A DNA stretch of 64,000 nucleotides from Octopus sinensis (lineage: Eukaryota). Shown in pieces: positions 11,826 to 24,703 of the stretch; the first letter of the stretch is position 1, and every line of letters starts with the position of its first letter. The notes beneath the pieces are model-generated. The model was not told the DNA's origin. It was given only the letters and a program-made list of their open reading frames with translations, and searched no databases. The position numbers and the translations under genes were made by a program. The DNA lies in NCBI RefSeq assembly GCF_006345805.1, contig NC_043010.1:1364001-1428000 (forward strand), written 5' to 3'.

Positions 11826-13358
11826 ATGTAAATATATACACATATATATTTTTTCATACATCTATAATGACAGCCACGTGTACGTGCATGCATATGCTCT
11901 CCCACCACACACACGTTTACTCACTATCTCACTAAATCATATAAAGCTCGTGAAAGTGTATAACTTAGTCGCGTGTACGACGTTTCTGCTAATCCATTTA
12001 TGTGTCTGTGTAGTTGCCACTTGATAGAAATACCGTCGTATTTGCTAAACGTGGCATTTTTTACCTCTGCATATTTAGCATCACATTTTCTATTCTTTTA
12101 CGCTATTTCTGTCGAATGATAGAGATCATATAATGCACAATGTAATGATACAGCGCAGCAACAAAAAATTCTGAATAGGAAAAAGCTTTAAATAAAATAT
12201 AATGATGAGTCAATATATACGTAAAACATGAGTTTGTTTATATCTGTGTATTGGGGAAATATTGCGTTTACCAACGAAAAAGTACTCAATATATGACGTT
12301 GAGTTTATTATTAGAAGCTGAAGGCTCTGTTGTCGCTACTATGAGTATTCAAGCGATCAGAGAGGAAAAGCGGTGGAAAATATTTCAGCCAAAATATTTG
12401 AAAAACATACTGAAATATCATCAGTAATCCAAATTTCATTGACTGCGAGAAAAAAACCCAAATCGTTGTGTCATAACATTTATACATTTAATTATCTTAC
12501 GAAGAACACGTGATATGTTCCCTATCCACATATACTGACTCATCATATCTTTATGCCTTAAGTTTTGTATGTGTAACACACAGAAGCAAGTAAGGTAGTT
12601 ATTTTTAGTGCAGGGCGTGATATTTGTTTCATTGAATAATATAGAATCCAATCACAGAATTCAGCAATTTTAAGAAAATGACCACAATTGGTGAATTCTT
12701 GCGTCACTTCCATCAATATTTATCAGGAAATTCTCATATAAAAACTAGCGAAATAATATATTTCTATAGATGATGGAATTGCCACCCCTTTAAATATGAC
12801 AGTATACCGATCCCCACTTCAAAAGCATTAATTCATCAGCTCTAAAATGTCATTAGCAATAGCAAACTTTCTTGACTTTGTGTGTTTTACACATATGATA
12901 CTAAAGATATGAATTTATTGCACATTTTGCATGTAAATATATGAATATATCACATGTTTAACGTATGATTGGTAATAAATAAAATTTCAATAAATATCCA
13001 TGTTTCGATGTTTTCGAATATATTTGCTTATATACATACTTCATCCCATTCATTATTTAATAGCTGGCAACATGAAACTCAGGGTAAGGACTGAAGACGC
13101 TTCAGGGACAACTGAAGAAGGGGAATATTCTTTATGTTGTATGTCGCGTTTCTCTGATTGTGTTCAAAGTTTTTTTGATGTCCTGTCCCCATATATGCAT
13201 GTATATATTCATATATATGTAGGTATGTACATATATGTGTGTATATATGCATATATTTATATATTATTTATATTATATTATATTACATTATATTCTATTA
13301 TATTATGTTATATTATATTATATTATATATATATATATAGAGAGAGAGAGAAAGAGAG

Positions 13359-13391
<33 letters not shown>

Positions 13392-15501
13392 CATACATAC
13401 ATACATACATACATAGATACATAGATACATAGATACATGTATGCGCGTGTGAATATGTGTGTATGCGGGTGTGTTCTTGGGCCTTTGTGATTGTGATTGT
13501 TACCCCAACGCTTAATAACTGGTATTGATTTGCTTAGACGCTTCGGCAAAAGAATTCCATAGAGTAAGTATAGGGACTTAAAAATAACCTATATACAGAG
13601 ATCGATTTGTTCGACTTCGATCTTTCAAAGAGGTGCCTCGGCATTCCATCAGACCAAAGACCGAAACAAATAGAAGATAAAAAAAAAGAAGGTAACACGA
13701 TGTTGTGCCAGTGTGTTTGTCCGTTGGCCCATATTCTTCGACAGGTTTCATTTTAGACCTTCATATATGCCACAGACTCTTCCTATCCTGTAAACGAGAG
13801 CGGAGGGGAGATTTATCCGCCGACTGATCCGACTATGAGACTGTTTATGCGGCCCAGAGAAATTCCTGGATAAAAACACTTGAAAGTGATGGCCCCAGCA
13901 AGGCCGCAACACAATGTCTCAAACGAGTAAAAAACAACTGTTCTAGCTGTCAATATCATTGGAAACACACTTGTCAACCTCTGTTTTCGTCTCTGATTTC
14001 ATTAACCTATAGACTAGAACTGAAGGAAAGCTGCGTCAAAATTAGCGAAGGAACGTGGTTAAATTAGATGAGAGCCGATAAGGATTCCAATATCTGGTGC
14101 AATCGCGTCATTACGACGATGCAGAATTATTCCTTTGTTAAATTCGTTTGTAATTATCTTACCCCGATCCTGCTTCGTTACAAGACGAAATGAAATATTA
14201 ATATGTATTATATTTATTAAGAGCGGTGGATTAGCAGAGACAGGAGAAAGATTCGATAAATAAGGAACGATAAAACTAAATAACGGGATCGATATAACTG
14301 AGTAAAAGTCCTACTTTTAATTTTCTTTTTTTTTTCTTTTGAAACTGTCAGATATGATTTAAGAGAGATATGTTTTGGCTGCTATTACTTCGACAACATG
14401 TGACAGCGTAGAGACTGTCTTCGTCTGTTTGAGAAAACTGTTGATTAATTAGGAATTAAGAGAAAAACGAGGTGAAGGTAAAATAAGGTAAGGCTGCTCT
14501 GATGTTCTGTTCAAGCGTTTTGTCTTTCTAATGCACGCATTCATTTCTCTGCATTCCGCTGCAGCCGCTGCCGCTACCACCACGATGACGACAACTACCA
14601 CCGCTGCCGCCGCCGCCGCCGCCGCCACCACCACCACCATCAATATAGCATTCATTTTGTTTTTGTCACATAATTGAAGCAGACTCCCAATTGGCAACAA
14701 GAAGGAAACTAAATGTTGGACAACGTCGAAGACGCAATTAACCGCGGATTTATCGCTCTATCACAGCTCTGAGCAGCAATTTTAATAACAACAACAACAA
14801 CAACAACGACATGTGAAGGTTTTTCTTTTTGTTGTTGATTAGGACAAATCATTCGCCATCTGTGTGACTGTTTTACATATAAGAATTTCAGAATGACCAA
14901 TATTATTTAAAAGATAGTAATAACAATGGGAGACCTGAATGGCAGAAAAGAAAAAGAAGCAAATAAATAAATATTCGAAACTGAACAACAAAGAAATAAA
15001 TAAATAGACAAAGAATTAAATAGATAAACAAATAAAACTAATACATAAGAGGATAAGGATACGAATAAACAGAAATGAGAAAACATTAAAGTGAAAGTAG
15101 AGAAGAGAATATATTAATGTTTTAAGCGTTTTCAGTCGCCATATTTGCGATCAGATAAGAACATCATTAGAATTTCTAGCTTAAAAGTGCATTAAAGACA
15201 GCCATGTTGAACGTCCAGGAAAAAGGTGATGACCTTGTCGCTGTGAACAAACATTAAAACTGTTGTCATGCGCATAACAGGACAACAGCTTTTAATTGAG
15301 ACCAGAGTGAGAGATAGGGAAGGTAATAATATAGAGATACAAAAACGAACGTTAATACTCATCCCTTCCTCACTCTTTTCTCTCCATCCATCCATTTACC
15401 CATCCATTCATGCATCAATCCCTTTGTATATACATGCATAAATGTGATAAGTGCTAATGCACGAAACTCTCGGCCCTTGAGTTACTCTGTAACTTCTGCT
15501 A

Positions 15502-15567
<66 letters not shown>

Positions 15568-15569
<2 letters not shown>

Positions 15570-16097
15570 ATGCTCTTATGCAGTACCAGGCACTAGCTCA
15601 CGTGGGTTCTGATCTTAACTGATTGGAGGTGTTATCGTGTATGTGTTTTGTCTTGGTATAAAAGATGGGCTACGGCAAATATTCTGCTGAATACCACAGA
15701 TTTCCTTATTAATTGTTTGACCATAACCAGTTGAGCATGTCCCTTGCCGACTGAAGATATGTGTGGAAGTAGTCGGAGCGTATCATAGCCATGTGTTGAG
15801 AGGAATTCTTTGGGGTTTGAATAATTCACCGCTGGAAACATGATTGTTTCGTTCAACATCCTTAAATAACCCATATTCAAGGATCTTTTTGAACAGGATG
15901 GGCTTCTCGACCTGAATAAATTTTAGCTGGACCCCACCTGCAAGGTACTGCGCTGTTTATCTTGATCACCATGTCACACACATATAGTTGTGATGCAGGT
16001 ACCTATTGTACCCTTATCAGATGGGTTGTCATAATGGGTATCCTTCGTATATTTGTACCCCAGTGTCACTTTGATGGCATGCACTGCTCTCTCAGTC
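15568..16097 (+). mobile_element. Non-coding interspersed element X flanked by (AAT)n and (CAA)n
   Basis: Clear homology to two shorter copies at 17247-17546 and 17757-18055; no coding capacity; microsatellite on both sides. Strand assignment is inferred. Confidence 0.7.
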
Positions 16098-16180
16098 AAC
16101 AACAACAACCACAACAGCAGCAGCAGCAGCAACAACAACAACAACAACAGCAACAACAACAACAACAACAACAACAACAA

Positions 16181-17100
16181 AGGCTATAAATACCTTGGTG
16201 CACCAGAGTTCAACGAAATAATGGAGAAGGAAATGAAAGAGCAACTGAGGATGGAATATTTCCGATGACTAAGGTTGGTGTTGCGCTCAGAATTGACCGG
16301 ATGGAATAAAATCCAAGCAATTAATACGTGGGTGATAGCATCACTTCGGTACGAAGCTGGAATTATAAAATGGCAAAAGAGAGAAGTGATGAAAATGTAT
16401 ACAAAAACAAGAAAATTGTTGACAGTACACGGAGCCTTGCATCATAAAAGAGACACCAATAGGCTGCACTTGTCCAGAAGAAAGGGCGAGAGAGAATTGA
16501 TCAGTAACCAGGACTGTATCGAAGCAGAGGAAAACAGCTTAGTGTGGCATATAAAAAATACCGTGGAGCCTTTGTTGAAACATACGAAGAAGGTCGGCGT
16601 CATCAAAACTGAGAATTGTGTAACTAGAAGCTTTAATTAGCACAACAATCGTTTCGGCTGCCTTATGATTCAGTGCGACCAGGAGATAGAGAATAGGAAA
16701 CCAGACATAGTCTTAATTGAGAAAGAAAGCAAACGATGCTGAATCATAGATATAGCATGCCCAGCTGACAACAAGGTATACGATAAGGAAGAAAGAAAAG
16801 TCGATAGGTATGACAGGTTAGCTTGGAAGGTTAAACAGTTGTGGTCACTGAAAAAGGTGGTAGTAGTACCAATAATTGTCGGAGCCCTGGGAAAAGTGAG
16901 TAAAAATCTTGAGAAGTACATGGAACAAATAGGGGCTGCAATAAGAGTGGAGCACTAGTAGAAAACAGCAATGCTTGGAACCACTCGAATATTCCGGATG
17001 GTGCTCGAAAAATAAGGGGTGCTACCTTAGTTCACTGGTAGTGAAAAGTTGACACCGGAGTACATCTCCAGTGTTAGAAGCTGTGCAAAGACATTAAAAA
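16181..17100 (+). mobile_element. R4/Dong-clade non-LTR retrotransposon fragment (5'-truncated, internally deleted)
   Basis: YKYLG...EYFR*LRLVLRSELTGWNKIQAIN...GALHHKRDTNRLHLSRRKGEREL (RT C-terminal region), then RKPDIVLIEK...IIDIACP (RLE endonuclease) to TAA at 17013-17015. The CCHC knuckle region is missing; premature stops. Flanked by (CAA)n and (TAA)n. Confidence 0.85.
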
Positions 17101-17110
17101 TAATAATGAA

Positions 17111-17157
<47 letters not shown>

Positions 17158-17159
17158 TA

Positions 17160-17245
<86 letters not shown>

Positions 17246-17246
17246 T

Positions 17247-17581
17247 GCCCTGGTGCAGTACCAGGGTACTTCGTTTAACATCCTTAAACAACCCTTATTA
17301 AGGGACATTTTCGAAAGGGATGGGCTAATAGACCTGAAGAAAATTCTCACTAGGCCACACCTGCTAGTCTCTGCACTGTTTATCTTGATGTGAGATCACC
17401 ATGTTGCGCACGTATGGTTGTGATACATGTGCCTGGCGTACCCTTTTCTCTGATAAGGGTATACCGAGTAGTCATGATCAGTATACTGGGCTTTATATAT
17501 AATGTACCCCAGTGTAACTTTCATGGCATGTACTTTTCTCTCACTCAATAATAATAATAATAATGATAATAATAATAACAA

Positions 17582-17626
<45 letters not shown>

Positions 17627-17684
17627 CAGTGATGATGATGATGATGATGATGATAATAATAATAATATAATAATAATAATAATG

Positions 17685-17755
<71 letters not shown>

Positions 17756-18055
17756 TGCCCTGGTGCAGTACCAGGGTACTTCGTTTAACATCCTTAAACA
17801 ACCCTTATTAAGGGACATTTTCGAAGGGATGGGCTAATAGACCTGAAGAAAATTCTCACTAGGCCACACCTGCTAGTCTCTGCACTGTTTATCTTGATGT
17901 GAGATCACCATGTTGCGCACGTATGGTTGTGATACATGTGCCTGGCGTACCCTTTTCTCTGATAAGGGTATACCGAGTAGTCATGATCAGTATACTGGGC
18001 TTTATATATAATGTACCCCAGTGTAACTTTCATGGCATGTACTTTTCTCTCACTC
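17247..18055 (+). repeat. Two tandem ~510-bp units, each an internally deleted element X plus compound (AAT)(AGT)(GAT)n
   Basis: Near-identical 300-bp segments at 17247-17546 and 17757-18055, each followed by the same compound microsatellite. Confidence 0.9.
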
Positions 18056-18106
18056 AATAATAATAATAATAATAATGATAATAATAATAACAATAGTAGT
18101 AGTAGT

Positions 18107-18145
<39 letters not shown>

Positions 18146-18171
18146 CAGTGATGATGATGATGATGATGATG

Positions 18172-18203
<32 letters not shown>

Positions 18204-18306
18204 CCTTTCTGCAATAGACACAAGGCCTGAAATCAGTCGATTGCATTGACCCCAGCGTTTCACTGGTATTTAATTTATCGACCACGGCTGAATTTGAACT
18301 CAGAAC
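18204..18306 (-). mobile_element. Family A SINE 3' fragment with (ATT)n tail
   Basis: cctttctgcaatagacacaaggcctgaaat...tttgaactcagaac matches the family A canonical tail. Confidence 0.7.
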
Positions 18307-18747
18307 TTATAATAATGACATAATATGAATAAAATGTCCAGAAAATGTTCAATTGGGTTGGAACTGAGAAGAGCAAGGGACATAACTACATTGAAGTGCA
18401 GGTGTTGATTTGATTAATTGACACAGGTGTCATAAAAAGGAAAAACTGATCGAAACGCCGCAAGATTACTGATGTATATACAACGACAAAGCTTGATGCA
18501 GATATTCAGTGATTATCTGCACATGTAAAGTGTTAGTATCACACGTATAGATATAGATGCAGGTAGGTGAGGCTCTACAGTTAAGAAGCTGGCTTTGGAA
18601 ATAGCATAGTTTTAAGTTCAGTCCCACCTCTCATTGGGTAAGGGTCCTCTACTATAAGTCTGGATCGATGAATGCCTTGGGAGTGAATCTGATAGACAGA
18701 AACTTATGTCGAGGTTTATCATATATACATATATATATATATATATA

Positions 18748-18955
18748 TTCTCTTACTTGTTTCAGCCATATTTGACTGCGGCAATGCTGGGGCACTGCCT
18801 TGAAATGTTTTAGTGGAACAAACCGACCTCAGGTCATATTTCTTAAGCCTAGTACTTATTCTATTGGTCTCTTTTACCGAACCCTAGCTTATGGTGGTGT
18901 AAACACACCAACACCGGTTGCCAGGCAATGTTGGTGGGGACAAACTTAGACAAAA
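18748..18955 (-). mobile_element. Family B SINE second module
   Basis: tcttacttgtttcagccatatttgactgcggcaatgctggggcac... homologous to 3664-3860. Confidence 0.7.
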
Positions 18956-18962
18956 AGGCATA

Positions 18963-19026
<64 letters not shown>

Positions 19027-19122
19027 TGTATGTATGCATGTATGTTCGTATGTGTGTAGATGTGTATACACACACATATATATACCTACATACATATTTA
19101 CATATATATATATATATATATA

Positions 19123-19346
19123 TCCAACACGAGACAAACAAGGTTACTTGTCTCGTATTTATACGAACTAACTTTTCAAATTTTACTGCGCAGACGCAGT
19201 CCTTCGCTGGCTACAATGAAAAACCGCCAACTTTTAACCGAAAATTATCCAAACGATTACAGTATTTAATCATGTCAAAGCAGAAAAATATGAAAAGTTA
19301 GTTCGTATAAACATGAGACAAGTAGCCTTGTTTGTCTCGTGTTGGA
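19123..19346. mobile_element. 224-bp MITE with ~55-bp TIRs and TA flanks
   Basis: tccaacacgagacaaacaagg...aacttttc (19123-19177) is the reverse complement of 19292-19346 with few mismatches; TA on both sides. Confidence 0.85.
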
Positions 19347-19749
19347 TATGTGTATAACCTTAGGTTGGACCTTGCTGAAGAAAATCAGACCTTGCGAGTT
19401 CCCCTTGACTCACTAAAAAATGATCAGAAACCAATTGGTCCAGGGACGAGATGGTAAATGTTTTTCATTTCCAAATTTATTTCTGTCGAATTTTATCCTT
19501 TATTTTTGTGTTTACAGAACCTAGCTGTTCTTTCTAGCATGCTGAATTTCCTATAAGTGGATTCCTTATGTGTTTAAATATACACTATATCGTATGACTA
19601 ATATATTGTCGTCTTGACTAATATTTTTGCACGTTAGACCACTGGAAATGTAAATTTTGATTGAATGCTTTAATTTTAATTAAATTCCATTTCCCTTTGA
19701 TATGATTATATATATATATATATATATATATATGAATATATATATAGTT

Positions 19750-19925
19750 CAAATTTACAGAAAACAAAAGACGAAGACAAGTGTAGGAACAACAGGCAGG
19801 TGTATTACTTTAGCGCTCGGGAAAAATTGGAAAGTCTTTTACGTTTCGAGCCTACGCTCTTCAACAGGAAGAATTAAGTGGAAAAACAAAACGCAGAGAA
19901 AATGAAAAAAAAGTGGAGAAAAAAT
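19750..19925 (-). mobile_element. Microsatellite-embedded element with hammerhead-like motif (copy 1 of 5)
   Basis: Homologous to 25478-25630, 35880-36060, 49023-49148 and, more distantly, 63430-63620. Minus-strand motif ctgttga-a-gagc(gtag)gctc-gaaa-cgta at 19836-19870. Confidence 0.65.
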
Positions 19926-19958
19926 TGTGTAGAGTTTAACAGTTCAACATAGTGCAAA

Positions 19959-20059
<101 letters not shown>

Positions 20060-20701
20060 GTGTGATTGCGTGCGTGCGCGAGTATGTGTGTTTCTCATTG
20101 TGCTTGGGTTTGATCCTCCTCCACTCGACAACCGGTGTCGTTTGGTTTATATCCCCAAAGAGAAAACGATAGCATAAGTAGCTGGCTTAAAAGGAAAACC
20201 TAAGTACTGGAATCGATTTGCTCGATTAAAACATTTCTAGGTGCTGCCCCAGTATGGTCGCAATCCAGTGACTGAAACAATCGAAAGATAAAAGATATCC
20301 AATGATAAAGCTTGATGTAGATATGCGATGATAATGTAGACATATATGGTATGCTAACCTTTGTGGAGACATATGATAATAACCTCCCGTGATGATACAT
20401 CGTGATATGGTTGATGAGGACAGATTATGATACACTCTCGTTCTCTCGGGCGTGGGGTCTGGCGAAGTTACGGAATGCGATAGACTAGTATCTGAATCAA
20501 CAACCCTGTATATCTTAAATGATAAGCAACAACAAAAGCACAAAAAGGAAGCGTAATAAATATCAGAGACGACAAAAATTCGTCCCAGCAGCAGCAGCCA
20601 GTTCGAGCACCAGATGCATTTCGGCACTTTCTTGGGGGTCTTTTCAGTGGTGTGTACACGCAGCCAGCAACATGCGCGGACGAGGGTCCGTCGTCTCTGA
20701 T

Positions 20702-20738
<37 letters not shown>

Positions 20739-20949
20739 ACTCTTTTACTTGTTTCAGTCATTTGACTGTGGCCATGCTGTCCGTGGAACAAGACATCTCA
20801 AGAATCGCTGGATGGATTCGTATGAAACTTTCAGTGATGTTTGAACTCGTGATTGGCTCGAACTGATTGGTGTCTTCGAGTGTAGGGAATGTGGTGGTGC
20901 TATTGTCAATGTGGTCCTTTGATTGTTTAAGATGTATTTTCAATCATAC

Positions 20950-21853
20950 CGTGAAAGTGGGAAGCTGAATTTAGGAGGGAAAGGGAGAGTCTTGAAGATG
21001 ACCCAGCATCTTGCAGCTGGCAACACCAAAGAAAACGTTCATTTTCACCATTTGGTGACTGATGACATACACTTGACTACAAATCAAATTGCCAAAGCTG
21101 TTAGCGTATCCCGTGAGTGAATTGAAAATATTCTGCACAATGAACTTGGCATGATGAAGATACCTGCTCGGTGGGTCCCACGTCTTCTGAGACCTGATCA
21201 AAAACGCAACATGCTGATCCCATTACGAAAATATCTGACATAGTTTCAGGTAGATCTGGTTGGTTTCCTTGAACTTTTCCTAACACAGGATGAGTGATGA
21301 GTTCATCATTTTGAGACAAAGGGATAATCCATCCAGTGGAAACACTCCTCATCACCTGCTCCAGAGAAGGCCATGGTCGCTTCATCTGCAGGAAAGGTGA
21401 CGGCCTCAGTTTTCTGGGATGCGAAAGGCATTGTGTTTATTGCCTTTCTTCAAAAAGGTCACACCATCAATGTAGAGTGTTGTGCCAATTTGCTGAGGTG
21501 GTTATGAAAGTCTATGAAAACCAAACGCTCAGGAAAACTGACGAAGGGGGTTCTTGTTTCACCAGGACAATGCTCCAGCTCACAGGGCCTTGGCTTAGTG
21601 GTCGCTCTGCGAGACTGTGGTTTTGAACTGGCTAATCAACCCCCACCTCTATTCTCATGATTTGGCTTCGTCTGTTCCCCAACATGAAAAAAAAATCATT
21701 TGTTTGGGATCCAGTATTGCAGTGGTGATGACTTTTTGACCTACCGGATGAAAGCTTCTTCACCAATGGGATCCAAGCACTGCAACACCAATTGGAAGAA
21801 GTGTGTGGACCTCATTTGGTCGCATTCCTCGAGAACTTTTCAGCCGACCATCG
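20950..21853 (+). mobile_element. Mariner transposase remnant with right TIR
   Basis: ELGMMKIPARWVPRLL (WVPHEL-like), VFWDAKGIV and FHQDNAPAH motifs; right end aacttttcagccgaccatcg|TA; multiple stops and frameshifts. Confidence 0.85.
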
Positions 21854-22174
21854 TAATAATAAAGATAAAATATTAATCTGATTATGTAATAAAATTATTT
21901 TATTATATAACTCTTATATTCAGTGAATTAGAATACGCAGAAAATGTAAAAAGAAATAAAGCGTGAGAAAATGAAAAGAAAAGCGAAAAGAATGGTTTTT
22001 CAGTGATAAGAATTTAGAATCTTCGAGGTCCACAATTAAAAGTGAAAAGAATAATAACAATGGAAAATGGATTACAGATAATAATTGTTTCAAATGTAGA
22101 TACAAGGTCACATATTTGAGGAAAATTGTTTGTAATTTAAGTCGACTGATACTTTATTATATCGACTTGGTTTC

Positions 22175-22680
22175 AGCCAAAGACTGAGGCCATGCTACAG
22201 CATCGGCTGTCAGTGTGTTTGGGTCTCCTTTCTGTACTGTTTTTGGTGAAGAAGAGAGTCGGACGGATCCACTTTACTTTATTCCCCTGCACCGATGTGT
22301 GTTCATCTGGGATTGCAGAAAGGAATTTGTCCAGATGCTTTTTTGAAGATCTCCCCATCTCCACCTTGCAAATCCATGACATTGTTTGGCAGAATGTTGA
22401 ACAGTAGAGGTCCCTTGAAACCCAAACTGTTGCAGTACTTATTCGAGGTGGAGAAGACGGGATCTTTTGTATTATGCAGTGCCGTCCAGTTCGGTAATTG
22501 CTATTGCTTTTAATTCCAAAGTTGGGAGCTATACCACGGCATATCCTTCTCGCCTTCTGTCTAGGGTATAGAACTTTATCCTCTCTAAAATGTAGAGCCT
22601 CTTCCGGGTCAATCTTGTTGGTGTAGTGACGCTGGATTGCCTCGAGTTCTGCCACCAGTTTGATGTTCTGCGGCGATCAT
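22175..22680 (-). mobile_element. CR1/L2-group LINE 3' end remnant
   Basis: AELEAIQRHYT...GIAPNFGI...TGRHCI...KKHLDKFLSAIPDE resembles the C-terminal region of CR1/L2-type ORF2; frameshifted. Confidence 0.65.
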
Positions 22681-23692
22681 AGGTCTACCAAACTTACACA
22701 GAGGATTTTGGCTGGCCCGCAGCTACAGAGAAGTAATGTTGTCCAATGTACCACTCAGTGAGACTGAACCCGGAACCGGCTGGACAGCAAACTTCTTGCC
22801 ACATATTGACGCTTCTACCCCGCTCTATATCCACCCAACTTTCTGCCCTAGACTTTGAAATCCCGTCAAGCTCAACTTTCGTATTCATCCGTTCAGTTTG
22901 GAGGTCGATAAGTAAAGTAACAAACTCTGTCAGTGGAGCAGCTTGTGTGTGCATCGTACAAGGGAATCTGTGGTGATTGGTTAAACCCAGGGTATTTCAT
23001 CGGTACGAGAAAGAATTGCATGCATATTTAACTGACTTTTTCAAATAATTTTGGCCAGACCTGCGCAGATATAGTGATGTATGGTTAGCAGTCAACAACA
23101 GAGGACCCTGTGCTCGTGTGTGTATGTGTGCTTGTTTTTGTGTGTGTGTTTGTGAGTTTGTGCTTGTGCGTGTGTGTCCGTTCATGAATAAATGTCATTG
23201 TATTTACACACGCAGGCACACATACATATATATATATATATATATGTACACAATATGATGTAAATTATATATATAATATATATATATATATATACATATA
23301 TATACATATATATATAATGATATATAATGTTAAAATATTATATATGTGTTCACGCGCACACACATATTCTGTTTTAGAAAATTAATTCTTCTATCGGTTG
23401 TTAACCCAGATGTAACTACATGTGTTTGTGTGTGTATGTGTGTGTGTGCGTGCGTGCACATGTATGTATACATAAATTATATATGCCCCTTATTCTTTTA
23501 CTAGTTCCCGTGCAGCTATGAAAGGTTAATGCGTTGAAGGGTTTCAATTGAATAAATCCATTCCATTACTAACGTTGTTTCTTTAAGTCTAATAATACTT
23601 ATTCTTTCTACGTTCTTGTCGAGAGGTAAACAAACCAACACTGGTTGTCAAGCGGTGGGAGCAGGGTGACGACATACTCACACATATATGCC

Positions 23693-23727
<35 letters not shown>

Positions 23728-23828
23728 TATATATATATATATATTATATATATATATTATATATATATATTATATATATGTATGTATGTATGTATATATG
23801 TATATAGGTAGATAAATTGATAGGAACA

Positions 23829-24050
23829 GGCAGAATCGTTAGCAAGCTGGATAAAATGCTTAGCGGTATTTCGTCTGCCGTTACGTTCTGAGTTCAAATT
23901 CCGCCGAGTTTGACTTTGCCTTTCATCCTTCCGGGGTAGTTAAATTAAGTACAAGTTACGCACTGGGGTCGATGTAATCGACTTAATCCGTCTGTCTGTC
24001 CTTGTTTGTCCTCTCTGTGTTGAGTCCCTTGTGGGTAGTAAAGAAATAGG
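23829..24050 (+). mobile_element. Family A SINE monomer
   Basis: ggcagaatcgttagc...gagttcaaattcc...gtaaagaaatagg. Confidence 0.85.
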
Positions 24051-24069
24051 TAGGTAGGTAGATATATAT

Positions 24070-24129
<60 letters not shown>

Positions 24130-24343
24130 GATAGATAGATAGATAGATGTTATTCCACACATTTTCCGTCTACAAATGTTCTCACAGAATATCGGTCGGC
24201 TCTGAGTCTATAGTATACGTCACTTGCCCAAGGTGCTGCGCAGTGGAACTGGACCCGAAACCATGTGGTTACGAAGCGAACTTCCTACCCGCAAAATCAA
24301 ACCTGTGCCAGTTATACATTATATACATACATATATATATGTG

Positions 24344-24383
<40 letters not shown>

Positions 24384-24406
24384 GTATAAGTTATATATAT
24401 ATATAT

Positions 24407-24438
<32 letters not shown>

Positions 24439-24469
24439 CTATATTGCTTATATTTGAAAATACGGACTA

Positions 24470-24703
24470 CTATTTCTTTACTACCCACAAGGGGCTAAAC
24501 ACAGAGAGGACAAACAAGAACAAACAGACGGATTAAGTCAATTATATCGACTCCAGTGCGTAAGTGGTACTTAATTTATCGACCCCGAAAGGATGAAAGG
24601 CAAAGTCGACCTATGCGGAATTTGAACTCAGAACGTAGCGGCAGATGAAAACCGTTAAGTATTTCGCCCGGCGTGCTAACGTTTCTGCCAGCTCGCCGCC
24701 TTA
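24470..24703 (-). mobile_element. Family A SINE monomer with ~15-bp TSD
   Basis: Full head and body; TSD gaaaa(t/c)acggactac at 24456-24470 and 24704-24718. Confidence 0.9.
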
